Below are positions 41,241-51,827 of a stretch of 64,000 nucleotides of DNA, in pieces. How positions within the stretch are numbered: the stretch's first letter is position 1; the number at the start of each line of letters is the position of its first letter. The notes under the pieces were generated by a model that was not told where the DNA came from, made no database searches, and was given only the letters and a program-made list of their open reading frames with translations. Source of the DNA: an uncultured delta proteobacterium (GTDB taxonomy: Bacteria; Myxococcota_A; Polyangia; Fen-1088); NCBI GenBank assembly GCA_963796685.1, contig CAWCMR010000025.1, positions 1,248,001-1,312,000 on the forward strand. The letters are read 5' to 3'. A program made the position numbers and the translations under genes.

Positions 41241-42905
41241 TCAGTTCGTCAGTGGTTTGGCGCCCTTGAATCCATTGGATGATCCCGTCACATATGCCTG
41301 ACAAGTTGCTCCCGAAAGGGGGCATTCGACGCTCCCGTTCTTCCACGACCACCAGAGCCAACTCATGCCATCCGCTGCTGCCTGATCGATCTCGGCCTGG
41401 TAATCACCGGCCGTGTCGCTCGCGTAGTTGTCGACGCCGATCTCAATGGGGAACGACTGAGTTGCGGCAAATTGATGGATGGCTTGCGCTCCCGTGAGAA
41501 CTCCGTTCTTGCCCAGGAACAGGCTACCTTGCCACGCATTGTAATATCCATCGCTCGTGCCCCAGTATGCTTGCCATCCGAACATCGTCTGGGGGTTGCC
41601 ATTCACCTGCACGGTGTCCACGGCGCGAATGGCGTCGCCGTATTCGGCGATACAGTATAAGTCGCGACCTGAATAGTTGGCCATGATCTCGAGTGGATTC
41701 GTGTAACCTTGCGATCGGAAGAACTGGATGTTGGTCTTGGCGGCACCAGCCCAGACCACGCGCACGGCCTCCGTGCTGGCATCCCCAGTGCTGATGAACT
41801 CCTGTCCCGCGTCTATGATCACATTGCTGCGGTACTTGCTCATCAAGTCTTTGAGCCACTGGCGGCTCCACACGGCCAGGTAGCAAGACGATGGAGTATT
41901 GCTGGAGCAGGTGTCTCCAACGGGGGAGGTCAAAGAATAGAAATTGCCTCCACCCAGCGCGCTGGAGATAAGGTGGTTCTGGGACGAATCCCAAGTAAAG
42001 AGAGATACCCAAACCAGCATGTGCTTGGCAACGGCCTTGGCGAGAAGCGTATCGAATCCAGCCGGCGTCATGCCGTTCGCCGCATCGAGTGTCAATAGCA
42101 TACGCATGGCATTTGCGCCCAGCCCGGTTATTGTGTCGATGTCCCCGGTCTGGTCCGCGCCAGCCATGACATCCTCGGGACCGCGCGCAACGATGACTTT
42201 TCCAGCCGAATCGTAGATCTCGTTGCCGATCAGTTGGATGCTCGCAGTGCTCGCAGGCTCTCCGCCCGAGCTCACGATGCCACCAGCTCCGGTCACGCCA
42301 CCCGTGGTTGCCAAGCCACCTTTTCCGCTCGTGCCACCGGCGCTGGTCACGCCACCCGTGGTTGCCAAGCCACCTTTTCCGCTCGTGCCACCAGCGCTGG
42401 TCACGCCACCCGTGGTTGCCAAGCCACCTGTCCCGCTCGCGTCGTGAGTGCCGCCGGTTGCGTCGGAACCGCCGGTTCCGCTTCTGTCGCCCGCGACGGT
42501 CGAAACACCGCCAGAGCCGCCGCTCGCCCCGCCACTATCAGACTGCGTCGTAAGCTGATTAGCCGCGACGGTAATCTCAGCCAATGCGGATTTCGATGGG
42601 TCTGCGTGACTTGTCGCGATAACATGGTAGGTGCCCACAGAGGAAGGGGCCGTGTAGAGGCCAGTAATTGTGACGGAGCCCCCAGAAGTCCCCTCGGCCA
42701 CGGACCACGCCACTTGGATATCGGAGGATCCTGTGACCAAGCTGGCAAGAGGCACGCTCGCGCCAGGCGCAATCGTTACATCCCTCGGTTGCAAGATGAC
42801 GGCAATTTCACTGGTCCCAGCTTTGGAGTTGGAGTTTACTTGCGAGCAACTTGCAGTGATCAGCAAGATCGGGAGTAGCCACGCACGCCGTGCAACGACC
42901 TTCAT
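41241..42905 (-). CDS. Lipoprotein: Ig-like domain + Gly/Thr linker + GH5-like TIM barrel
   Basis: LLITASC lipobox; VAWSV..G.V...GLYTAP...GTYHV.ATS Ig motif; GANAMR, IDAGQE, WLWWSW. Confidence 0.8.
   Translation of the reverse strand: MKVVARRAWLLPILLITASCSQVNSNSKAGTSEIAVILQPRDVTIAPGASVPLASLVTGSSDIQVAWSVAEGTSGGSVTITGLYTAPSSVGTYHVIATSHADPSKSALAEITVAANQLTTQSDSGGASGGSGGVSTVAGDRSGTGGSDATGGTHDASGTGGLATTGGVTSAGGTSGKGGLATTGGVTSAGGTSGKGGLATTGGVTGAGGIVSSGGEPASTASIQLIGNEIYDSAGKVIVARGPEDVMAGADQTGDIDTITGLGANAMRMLLTLDAANGMTPAGFDTLLAKAVAKHMLVWVSLFTWDSSQNHLISSALGGGNFYSLTSPVGDTCSSNTPSSCYLAVWSRQWLKDLMSKYRSNVIIDAGQEFISTGDASTEAVRVVWAGAAKTNIQFFRSQGYTNPLEIMANYSGRDLYCIAEYGDAIRAVDTVQVNGNPQTMFGWQAYWGTSDGYYNAWQGSLFLGKNGVLTGAQAIHQFAATQSFPIEIGVDNYASDTAGDYQAEIDQAAADGMSWLWWSWKNGSVECPLSGATCQAYVTGSSNGFKGAKPLTN
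42290..42435 (-). repeat. About 2.7 x 54-bp coding repeat (GGLATTGGVTSAGGTSGK)
   Basis: Repeated GGTCACGCCACCCGTGGTTGCCAAGCCACC blocks. Confidence 0.85.
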
Positions 42906-43049
42906 TTCGACCTCTCGAAGTCGGATTGGCACAAACGGGATCACGAGTGGCTGAAGTATGAGGCACCCCTTACTGAAAGTCAGGGAAGAAAATGAGATCG
43001 ACTCTCAGTTGTACACAGCCTTCTGTAGGGATAGGTGGGCGATCGTAAT

Positions 43050-44285
43050 TCAGCGGCGACCACCCTGCACGTTTTCCGGTGCCGAGGTCACCGAAGCAAA
43101 GCATCCGACCAGACTTCGCGCAATTGTTTCGACGCTGTGAACCTCTGCAACCTCCTCGCGCCCTCGCATGCCCATCTCGGTGAGTCGCTCGAAGGGAGTA
43201 TCGAGAATGCACCGCAGGCCCTCGACGAGAGCGTCCGACGAACCCGCCGGGATAAGCCAGCCGTTCCATCCAGGGTGAACCAACTCCGGAATGCCCGCAA
43301 CGAACGTGCCGAGCACGGGTCGAGCGCGGGCCAAGGCTTCCATGATGACAACAGGGAGTCCCTCGGCCAGGCTGGGCAGGACGAACGCGCAGCTCTGGTC
43401 GAGATTGCTTCTGATGGTCGCGCCATCGGCCCAGCCGAGGATACGCACTGTGTTCTGCAGTTGGTTACGCGCAATGGCGTTTTCGATGTCCGCGCGCAGT
43501 TCCCCGTCACCGATCAGAATTACCTCCATAGGACGTCCCTGGCGATGCAGCTCGGCCACCGCTTCGATCAGAAACAGCTGGCCCTTTTCCGCGGAAAGGC
43601 GACCAATCGAAAGCAGTCGGTGTACCCTGGGTAAGGGAACCAGTGCAGCGTCCAAGAATGCTTCGTCCACTCCGCAACGAATCAGCTTGATCTTGGACCA
43701 TTCCCGCGATGCACAACGTCTATACAGCTGGCTGCGCCCGTAACTACTGATCGCGGCTACGAACGCCGCGCGTGCGATCTTCTCAAAGAGACCGAGCGAA
43801 AAGACGTCCTCGAACTCTTCCGGACCATGGGCCGTAAAGCTATAGCTTGGACCTCCAAGCTCGCGGCACAGCATAGCGACCGTCGTCGAGTTGGTGCCAA
43901 AATGGGCGTGTACATGCTGGATGTTCTCCCGTCTGAACCATCGAAGGAGCACGCACGCTTCAGCAAGATAGATGAGGTTACGGAGAAGTCCGCGTTGCGA
44001 CCGATTTCCCATCCGAACAGCAAGCCAAAGGGCTCGGCAGGATGCAGCCGGTCGCGAGACGGCGGTAGCTAGAAGCGCCAGCAGCAGTCCTCTGGCTCCG
44101 CGATCGAGCACGATGCGAGTCTTCGTAGCCTCTTCTATGTCGACAGGATCGATCAGCTTGTCCGCCGAGCGTCGAATACTGCATCGCAGCACCTCGCATC
44201 CCTGTCGTTCGACAGCAAGAATCTCCCGCCTGATGAAAGCGTGGCTGATCTTCGGATATTGGTTGACGAGGTAAGCGATTTTCAT
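43050..44285 (-). CDS. Glycosyltransferase family 4 (WcaL-like)
   Basis: HVHAHFG, GRLSAEKG, EGLPVVIMEALA. Confidence 0.92.
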   Translation of the reverse strand: MKIAYLVNQYPKISHAFIRREILAVERQGCEVLRCSIRRSADKLIDPVDIEEATKTRIVLDRGARGLLLALLATAVSRPAASCRALWLAVRMGNRSQRGLLRNLIYLAEACVLLRWFRRENIQHVHAHFGTNSTTVAMLCRELGGPSYSFTAHGPEEFEDVFSLGLFEKIARAAFVAAISSYGRSQLYRRCASREWSKIKLIRCGVDEAFLDAALVPLPRVHRLLSIGRLSAEKGQLFLIEAVAELHRQGRPMEVILIGDGELRADIENAIARNQLQNTVRILGWADGATIRSNLDQSCAFVLPSLAEGLPVVIMEALARARPVLGTFVAGIPELVHPGWNGWLIPAGSSDALVEGLRCILDTPFERLTEMGMRGREEVAEVHSVETIARSLVGCFASVTSAPENVQGGRR

Positions 44286-44457
44286 CGCCCGTACGCTAGC
44301 ATGCCGCCGCTACTGACCATGGCGCGCGACAAGATCCGCCCGGTCCACGACCATCCGCGTTGGTCAGTCGTCCTTCGAGAGGTAGCAAATCGCAAAAAGA
44401 CCGGTATTCTACGCACCATTCACTACACGATTCTTCATTAGGGATCAGGAATCGCCG

Positions 44458-47400
44458 ATGGATGTCAACCCAGCTCCACCTGTCCTCAGCGAAGATCTAG
44501 CGGCGGCATCGGCCGAGGTCGTGCTTGCGGCCACCTTCACGGTGGACCCTCTGGTCGAGTCGCTCTCCTTCCTGCTGCACGAAGCTGGACTGTCCCTACC
44601 CATCGAAGTGGCTCCCTACGGTCAGGTGTTCCAGCAACTGCTCGATCCTGCGAGCCGCTTCGCGCTCAATCGTGCCGGAGTAAACGTTCTTCTGATTCGC
44701 TTCGAAGACTGGTGGCGCGACGCGCATGGCATCGTCGACAAGGATGTGCTCGAGCGGAACGCGACCGATTTGATATCGGGCTTGAGGGAGGCAGCCAGGG
44801 TCGGTCCGACCCCCATCGTGCTCTGCGTCTGCCCACCGTCCGCGGCGGTCGCGGCCGACGAAGAAACAAAGGCTCTCCTCTGCAAGCTCGCGGACAGGCT
44901 GCATGATGCAATCGACCAAACGCCGGGTGTACGGGTTCTGTCCATGGATTGGGCCCAAGCATGGGATCCCTCGGTGCTCCACGATCCAGAAGGGGATAGT
45001 CTCGGGCACGTGCCGTATACGCGGCGGTTCTTTGCCGCTTTGGGAAGGGAGATCGGCCGTGAGGTTCACGCCCTCAAGACCTCGCCGGTCAAGGTCCTCG
45101 TGCTTGATTGCGACAACACCCTATGGGGTGGCGTGGTGGGAGAAGACGGTCCGGCGGGCATCGAGCTGACGCCTCGCTATCTCAACCTCCAGAGGCTCGT
45201 GCTCGAAAAGAAGCAGAAAGGCATGCTGCTTTGCCTTGCCAGCAAGAACAACGAGGCCGACGTCCTGGAGGTTTTCGAGCAGCGCAAGGACATGCTGCTG
45301 CGCCAGGAAGACATTGTCGCCATGCGCGTGAACTGGCTGCCCAAGTCAAAGAACCTCCAGGCTCTTGCCGACGAGCTGAACCTCGGGCTCGACAGCTTCG
45401 CCTTCATCGACGACAACCCTCTCGAATGCGTGGAAGTCGAAGCCAGTTGTCCGGGAGTGCTTGTCTTGTCGCTGGCCGATGCCCAAGATCCGGCTGGATA
45501 CCTCGGCAACGTCTGGCCGCTCGATGTTCTGTACGTCACCGATGAGGATCGTCGCCGCAGCGAGATGGTTCGCGATAACCTCTCACGCGACCGCTTGGCC
45601 AAGTCTGTTGGGGATCTGGCCAGTTTCCTGGCCGCCCTTGACCTGCGCGTTGACTTTGCCGAACCCCAAACGGGGCAGTTGGCCCGGGTCGCGCAGCTTA
45701 CCCAACGTACCAACCAGTTCAACTTCACCACACGGCGGCGCAGCGAGCTGGAGATCGAGCAACTCGCGAAGCAGGGCCTCGAATGCCGCGTGGTCGAGGT
45801 TCGAGATCGCTTTGGCGACTACGGCTTGGTCGGAGTGGTCATCTTTTCACGGACCCAGGATGCGCTGGTCTTGGATACCTTCTTGCTAAGCTGCCGTGTG
45901 CTCGGTCGCGGCGTCGAGCACGCGATCATGCGTGAGTTGGGAACGCTGGCTCGGGGGCGAGGCCTGGGGCGCATCGAGATTCCGTTCGTTGCCAGCAAGA
46001 AGAACATGCCGGCCCGGCGGTTCTTGGACAGCCTCGAGGCGCAGGAGCGGGATGTACCTGGCGGAGGAGCTCTGTTCACGCTCTCAGTCGAGCGGGCCTG
46101 CGAGCTCGCCTATGCGCCGGAAGGCGAGCCCGTCCAGAATACTGAGGACACTACGCAAAGACCGAGCTTGCCGCCGGAGGAAGGTGTCTCTCGGTCCAAG
46201 CGCTGGAACCGGCTGGCCCGGACCCTCGAGAGCGAGGAGAAGCTCCTGGCAAGCCTGGAAAGGAATAGCCACCGTGCGCGCCTAAGCGGCGAACGTCCGG
46301 TCTTGCCCAAGAGCGAAACCGAACGCAAGCTCGCAGCGATCTGGTGCGAAGTGCTGGGTCTCGATGAGGTTGGTATCCACGACGACTATGTCTCCGATCT
46401 CGGAGGTACGTCCCTTCTGGCCGTTACGATCTTCGCGCGTATCGAGCGCGAATTGGGCGCGCACCTACCCTTGTCCGCGTTGGTGGAAACACCCACCATT
46501 GCCGGCATCGCCCTGCTCATCGATCGGCCACGCGATCGGCGATCGGTGGTGTTGCTCCACGCAGGGGGCCCTGCGGTTCCGCTTTTTCTCGTTCACGACG
46601 CCGATGGCGAGACCTTGCTGTACCGCAACTTGGCGCAACGGCTTGGCGATCGATCAGTCTACGGGATCCAACCTCATGCCCGGCCCGAGATCCCCATCAC
46701 GCACACCAGCATCAGCGACATGGCCGCTCACTATGTTGGGGAGATGCGCAAGGTTCGCCCACAGGGACCCTACCTTCTCGGCGGCTTATGTGCCGGCGGG
46801 GTCATCGCCTACGAGATGGCGTTGCAGTTCGAAGATATGGGCGAGACCGCCAAGCTCGTCGCCGTTTTCGATGCAGCCGCCCCAGAAGCCAAACGTAGAC
46901 CCAGCCTCGAAAACCACCGGCGCCTAGAACGCATTCGCCTGGTCTTGGGTGAGGATTCGCCCGGCAGGGTGGTCCGGACTGTGGCGGGGAAGGTGGGCAA
47001 CTATGCTGCCTTTCAAGTGCACAATGGGATCAAGCACGTCTGGGACCGCGCGGCGGTGGCCAGCTTGCGCTTCTGTCTGGATCGGGGTCTTCCGCTTCCG
47101 CCTTGGGCACGCAGCCTCGACGTGCGCAGCGTCTACAACGTCGCGGAGGCCGAGTACCGTCCGCGGCGGCCCTTGCGCGAAGAAATCCTCCTATTCCGTG
47201 CCAGCGAAGGCGAAGGGACTGAAGAGCCCTACGTTCGTCTCTATGTGGATCCCTTGCTCGGCTGGGGGCAATCCAGCCAGCGCGGCGCACGCGCCTTCGA
47301 TGTCCCGGGCGGGCACGGGAGCATGCTTCAGGAACCAAACGTGGCCGTGCTTGCGGAGATTTTGCGTTCCTATCTCGGGCCCGCCCCCATCGTGACCTGA
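44458..47400 (+). CDS. FkbH-like HAD-IIIC/GNAT protein fused to ACP and thioesterase-like domain
   Basis: LDCDNTLWGG, SKNN, FIDDNP, QRTNQFN, DRFGDYG, LSCRVLGRG; ACP LGGTSL; TE GPYLLGGLCAGG and PGGHGSML. Confidence 0.9.
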   Translation: MDVNPAPPVLSEDLAAASAEVVLAATFTVDPLVESLSFLLHEAGLSLPIEVAPYGQVFQQLLDPASRFALNRAGVNVLLIRFEDWWRDAHGIVDKDVLERNATDLISGLREAARVGPTPIVLCVCPPSAAVAADEETKALLCKLADRLHDAIDQTPGVRVLSMDWAQAWDPSVLHDPEGDSLGHVPYTRRFFAALGREIGREVHALKTSPVKVLVLDCDNTLWGGVVGEDGPAGIELTPRYLNLQRLVLEKKQKGMLLCLASKNNEADVLEVFEQRKDMLLRQEDIVAMRVNWLPKSKNLQALADELNLGLDSFAFIDDNPLECVEVEASCPGVLVLSLADAQDPAGYLGNVWPLDVLYVTDEDRRRSEMVRDNLSRDRLAKSVGDLASFLAALDLRVDFAEPQTGQLARVAQLTQRTNQFNFTTRRRSELEIEQLAKQGLECRVVEVRDRFGDYGLVGVVIFSRTQDALVLDTFLLSCRVLGRGVEHAIMRELGTLARGRGLGRIEIPFVASKKNMPARRFLDSLEAQERDVPGGGALFTLSVERACELAYAPEGEPVQNTEDTTQRPSLPPEEGVSRSKRWNRLARTLESEEKLLASLERNSHRARLSGERPVLPKSETERKLAAIWCEVLGLDEVGIHDDYVSDLGGTSLLAVTIFARIERELGAHLPLSALVETPTIAGIALLIDRPRDRRSVVLLHAGGPAVPLFLVHDADGETLLYRNLAQRLGDRSVYGIQPHARPEIPITHTSISDMAAHYVGEMRKVRPQGPYLLGGLCAGGVIAYEMALQFEDMGETAKLVAVFDAAAPEAKRRPSLENHRRLERIRLVLGEDSPGRVVRTVAGKVGNYAAFQVHNGIKHVWDRAAVASLRFCLDRGLPLPPWARSLDVRSVYNVAEAEYRPRRPLREEILLFRASEGEGTEEPYVRLYVDPLLGWGQSSQRGARAFDVPGGHGSMLQEPNVAVLAEILRSYLGPAPIVT

Positions 47401-47475
47401 GGCGGGGCCCGCGTGAACGACAAGCACCCGCGAGCGCCGCGGAATCCGACTCGTGATATGTAGGAGCTCCTGCTC

Positions 47476-48288
47476 ATGTCCGAGCTCGCCACGACAGCTC
47501 CGGTGACGGACCCCATCCCGATGGCTTCGCTGATGGGACTTCGCCTGGCGTGTATCGACTGCCGCAGTTTGGTTGACCATATCTTCGCGTCGCTGGGCAA
47601 GGGGCGCGGCGGGTGGCTCATCACGGCGAATCTCGACTTCTTGCGCCGCTATGTTGGCGATCCGGAAGCGCGCAGGCTCTACGACGCCGCAGACATTCGC
47701 GTGGCCGATGGCATGCCACTGGTGTGGGCTTGCTCGGTTCAAGGCGACAAGCTTCCCGAGCGCGTGGCGGGCTCGTCTCTGGTTTGGCCGGTGATCGAGC
47801 GAGCCGCTCGAGAAGGGCGTTCTTTGTACCTGCTGGGCGGAGCTCCGGGCGCGAGTGCGCGCGCGGCCAAGGTGCTGGTCGACAAGCATCCCTCCCTCAA
47901 TGTCTGTGGCGCCACCAGTCCCACGCTCGGAAGCCCGCCGTCGTCCAGGGACATCGAGCTTGTCGTGGCCGAGCTCGAGAAGGCAAAGCCGGATATCTTG
48001 TTCGTGGGCTTGGGATCTCCCAAACAGGAACAGCTGATTCGCGTTTTGCGTCAGCACCTACCGTCCACGTGGATGGTAGGCGTCGGCATCAGCTTCAGTT
48101 TCATCGCCGGGGACTTGAAGCGCGCGCCGGCTTGGATGCGAAAGATGGGAATCGAATGGGTCCACCGTCTGATTCAGGATCCCCGACGGCTGACCAAGCG
48201 TTACCTGGTCGAGGACTTGCCGTTTGTCCTGCGGCTGTTTCCCCATGCATTGGGGGTTCGGCTGCAACGCGCCCACAAGCGTGATTAG
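47476..48288 (+). CDS. WecB/TagA/CpsF family glycosyltransferase
   Basis: ADGMPLVW, ERVAGS, VGLGSPKQE, RAPAWM..G.EW..RL. Confidence 0.92.
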   Translation: MSELATTAPVTDPIPMASLMGLRLACIDCRSLVDHIFASLGKGRGGWLITANLDFLRRYVGDPEARRLYDAADIRVADGMPLVWACSVQGDKLPERVAGSSLVWPVIERAAREGRSLYLLGGAPGASARAAKVLVDKHPSLNVCGATSPTLGSPPSSRDIELVVAELEKAKPDILFVGLGSPKQEQLIRVLRQHLPSTWMVGVGISFSFIAGDLKRAPAWMRKMGIEWVHRLIQDPRRLTKRYLVEDLPFVLRLFPHALGVRLQRAHKRD

Positions 48289-48300
48289 AACCAGCCCGAC

Positions 48301-49325
48301 TTAGGCGCGCGAAGGCTCTGCAATCTTCACGAGCTGTTTGCCCTGGTTTTCGCCTGTGAAGAGGCGATTGAGGGCTGCGGGAGCGTTCTCGAAGCCATCG
48401 ACGATGTCGACACGATCCTTGAGTCTACCTTCGCACAGCCAGCCGGAGAGAGCGGTGGTTGCCTCAGCAGTCCGATGGGCATAGTCGAGGAAATTGAAGC
48501 CCTCCATCCGACCGCGCTGCACCAGCAGCCGAAGGTAGTTCTTGGGTCCCGGCGGTAGCATCTCGTCGTTGTAGCCAGAGATTGCGCCGCAGATCACGAC
48601 GCGCCCCCTGAGCGCCAGAAAAACCAGAGCCGCGTCAAGAATGACTCCGCCGACATTGTCGAAGAATACGTCGATCCCGCGCGGACACTGTGCCCGCAGT
48701 GCGGTTATGAGGTTCTCGCTCTTGTAGTCGATGGTACCGTTGAACCCAGCTCCTGGGTGAGGTAGCGGCATTTCTCCGATCCCCCTGCGATGCCGACGAC
48801 TCGGCAACCGATGAGCTTCGCGATCTGCCCCACGACAGAGCCCGTGGCTCCCGCGGCGCCTGACACCACGACGGTCTCGCCAGCCTTGGCGCCTCCCACG
48901 TCGAGCAAGCCGAAGTAGGCCGTGAGTCCCGTCAGGCCGAGTGCGCTCATCCCAGTTGGGATGGAGAATTCGTCTGGGATGGTCAGGATGGGGAGACTTT
49001 CAGATTGCTTCGCCACCGCGTAGTCCTGCCAACCAAACAGGCCCTGCACGCGCTGACCAGGCGCAAATCGTGGATCGCGGGACCGCACCACCTCGCCGCC
49101 AGCGAACGAGCGCACGACCCCGCCAAGGGGAATCATTGGCATGTAAGTATCGCGAGCCATCCAGCCTCGCTGGGTTGGATCGCACGACAGGAAGACGTTG
49201 TGCACGAGGATCTCGCCCTCGCCCGGCTCGGGAACATCGGTCTCGTTCAAGCGAAGATCCTCGACGCCGACCGCCCCCTTGGGGCGGCGAGCAAGGAGCC
49301 ATTGCCTATTTATTCCATGCGTCAT
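48301..49325 (-). CDS. NADP-dependent oxidoreductase (MDR, prostaglandin/alkenal reductase-like); -1 frameshift at ~48747
   Basis: GLTAYFGL, VSGAAGATGSVVGQIAK; next frame gives IDYK, FDNVGG, CGAIS. Confidence 0.85.
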
Positions 49326-49469
49326 CCTGCTTCCTCTGGGCCACATTCTATCTACACAACCACCATCCCGCTACGCTCGCTAGGATTTACCAAGACCCAT
49401 CGCACCGAGCCAATCCAACGTATTGGCATTTGTTCAACGCGATGTCTATGTTTGACGGACTAGGAAATC

Positions 49470-50531
49470 ATGAGCCACAGCTTGCCAAACCTAGCTTCGG
49501 ATCTCCTCCTACTCCATGCTCCTGCATTTTTCGATTTCCGAAATCGGCGCGATATCTATTTTCCATACCTCAGCACGTCTGGGGACGTGCCCATTACGCC
49601 GCTCTACGAGTACTTTCCACTGGGATGGAAGACCCTTCAGCGCTTCTTGTCTGAACGCGACCACAGCGTCCGGATCGTCAACCTGAGTGGCCTGCTGCTT
49701 CGCTATCCTTCATTGTCTGCAAACGCCGTGTTCTCCGCCTTCGATGTGAGGCTACTCGGCATCGACCTACACTGGATGGTCCACGTGCAGGGTTCCCTGG
49801 ACGTCGCCAGCAGGTTCAAGCGCGTGCAGCCCGATGTGCCGGTCATGGCGGAAATGGAGGCCTGGATCGACCGCGCCCTTTCCCTCGGTATCCACAACGT
49901 CGACGTCTGGTTCTTCATCGGCATGCCCGAACAAGACGAGAATGCCGTGAAGGCCGAGGTAGATTATTGTGCACGTCTCCTGGATAAGTTTTCCGGCCGA
50001 CGAGTGACGCCCTTGCTGTGCCCCATGATGCCCTTCCTCGATCCCGCCTCGACTTTCTTCGAGAATCCCGAAGAGAACGGCTACCACGTTTTCTACCGCA
50101 CCGTGGAAGAACACCGATGTGGCATGCAGCGCGCCTCGGTCATCAATCGCATCAACTACGAGACGCGCTGGCTTAGCCGCGCCGACCTGGTGCATGTGGG
50201 GTATCGCGCGGTTGCCGAAGTGATGCATTTGAGAGCGAAAACGCGACAACTGCCGACGAACGTGGCGAAAGCAGTGAGCCACGCCGTGAACGATGCACTC
50301 GCGTTCATCGACGTTGTTCACGAGGCAGACTGCCTGAGCAACCCGGCGGATCGCACCCGCGCCATGGAAGAGCTTGGCGACGGTATCGTCGAGCGCAACC
50401 AAGCGATCTTTTCTTCCGAGGTTGCCAATCAAGCCTTCCCGATCAATCGCCAAATTGGCGGACGCTGGTTTGATGAGATGGGCTGGACGCCGGCTCAACT
50501 CGACTGCGTTCTCCAAGCAGGCAAGTCGTGA
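49470..50531 (+). pseudogene. B12-binding radical-SAM protein (CloN6/CouN6-like) with internal in-frame deletion of the radical-SAM core
   Basis: DLLLLHAP..FDFR...PITPLYEYFP.G and GIDLHWMVHVQG N-terminus; WFFIGMP and PFLDP C-terminus; no CxxxCxxC; only 353 aa. Confidence 0.7.
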
Positions 50532-50666
50532 GTACGACTTTTCCTATTTCATAACGCAACGGTCCTGTCCCGTGTCGCGGACCGTCGCCGATCATCAAAA
50601 AATCGCCTGGACGGCGACAGCCTGTCCGTTCAACCTTAGACCACAAAGCCTCTGCAGCCCCCTAAC

Positions 50667-51827
50667 ATGCTGTCTTCGTTGAAATTGGATCTTTCCCCGT
50701 CGCAAAGCGAACGCGTTGAAGCGGTTCTGCGTTTCGCACGAACGCGTCTTTCCCCGGGCGCCAGAAAGCGAGAAGCCTCAGGCGCCTTCGATCGCAAGTT
50801 GTGGGACGAATGCTCCGAGTTCGGATTGGCCGGGCTACCCATTCCCGAAGCATGGGGTGGCGGCGGACTTGATGCCGTGGACACCATGCTGGTCGTCGAG
50901 ACCCTGGGTAAGGGCTGCGAAGACGGTGGGCTCGTGTTTTCATTGTGCGCGCACATGTTCGCCTCGGCGGTCCCCATCTGGCGTTCTGGGGCAAAAGAGA
51001 TTCACGAGCGCTACTTGCGCGACATCGCCAGCGGGAAGCTCCTGTGCGCCAATGGCACGACCGAGCCGGAGGCCGGCTCCGATATCTACGCCATGAAGGC
51101 CACGGCCCGTCGCGACGGCAACGACTACGTCCTCGACGGTACCAAGTGCTTCATCACCAACGCCCCGGTGGCCGATCTCTTCCTCGTCTACGCCAAGACG
51201 AATCCCTCGGCTGGCTTCATGGGCGTCTCCGCATTCCTGTTTCCGAGCGCGACCCCTGGCGTTCGGGTCGTGCCCGAACACAGCAAGACCGGACTCAAGA
51301 CCTCGCCGTGGGGGACCATCTATCTCGAAGAATGCCGCGTCCCTGTCGAATCGCGTGTGGGTCCCGAGGGCTCGGGCGCCGCCCTGTTCGGCGAATCGAT
51401 GATTTGGGAGCGCTGCTGCCTGTTCGCCTATTACGTTGGGGCCATGGATCGAACCCTCGAACGATGCGTCGAACATGCGCGCTCGCGCAGCCAGTTTGGC
51501 CATCACATTGCGTCGTACCAGGCCGTTCAGAATCGCATCGTGGGCATGAGGCTGCGCCTGGAAACCAGTCGCCTGCTGCTCTACCGTACGGGCGAGCTGC
51601 ATCGGCAAGGCAAGCGCTGCGACGATGCTGTTGCCATGTGCAAACTGTGGATCTCCGAGGCGGCGGTACAATCGGGGCTTGATGCCATCCAGATTTTCGG
51701 AGGTACCGGCGTGGTTACCGAAACCGGCGTTGATGCATTGTTGCGCGACGCGATTCCAGCGCAAATTTTTTCCGGCACATCGGAAATGCAACGGATGATC
51801 ATCGCTCGCACGATGGGACTTTCCTGA
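50667..51827 (+). CDS. Acyl-CoA dehydrogenase family, L-prolyl-PCP dehydrogenase-like (PltE/RedW/CloN3 type)
   Basis: TEPEAGSD, GTKCFITNAP, IQIFGG, IFSGTSEMQR; adjacent to A domain and PCP. Confidence 0.85.
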   Translation: MLSSLKLDLSPSQSERVEAVLRFARTRLSPGARKREASGAFDRKLWDECSEFGLAGLPIPEAWGGGGLDAVDTMLVVETLGKGCEDGGLVFSLCAHMFASAVPIWRSGAKEIHERYLRDIASGKLLCANGTTEPEAGSDIYAMKATARRDGNDYVLDGTKCFITNAPVADLFLVYAKTNPSAGFMGVSAFLFPSATPGVRVVPEHSKTGLKTSPWGTIYLEECRVPVESRVGPEGSGAALFGESMIWERCCLFAYYVGAMDRTLERCVEHARSRSQFGHHIASYQAVQNRIVGMRLRLETSRLLLYRTGELHRQGKRCDDAVAMCKLWISEAAVQSGLDAIQIFGGTGVVTETGVDALLRDAIPAQIFSGTSEMQRMIIARTMGLS

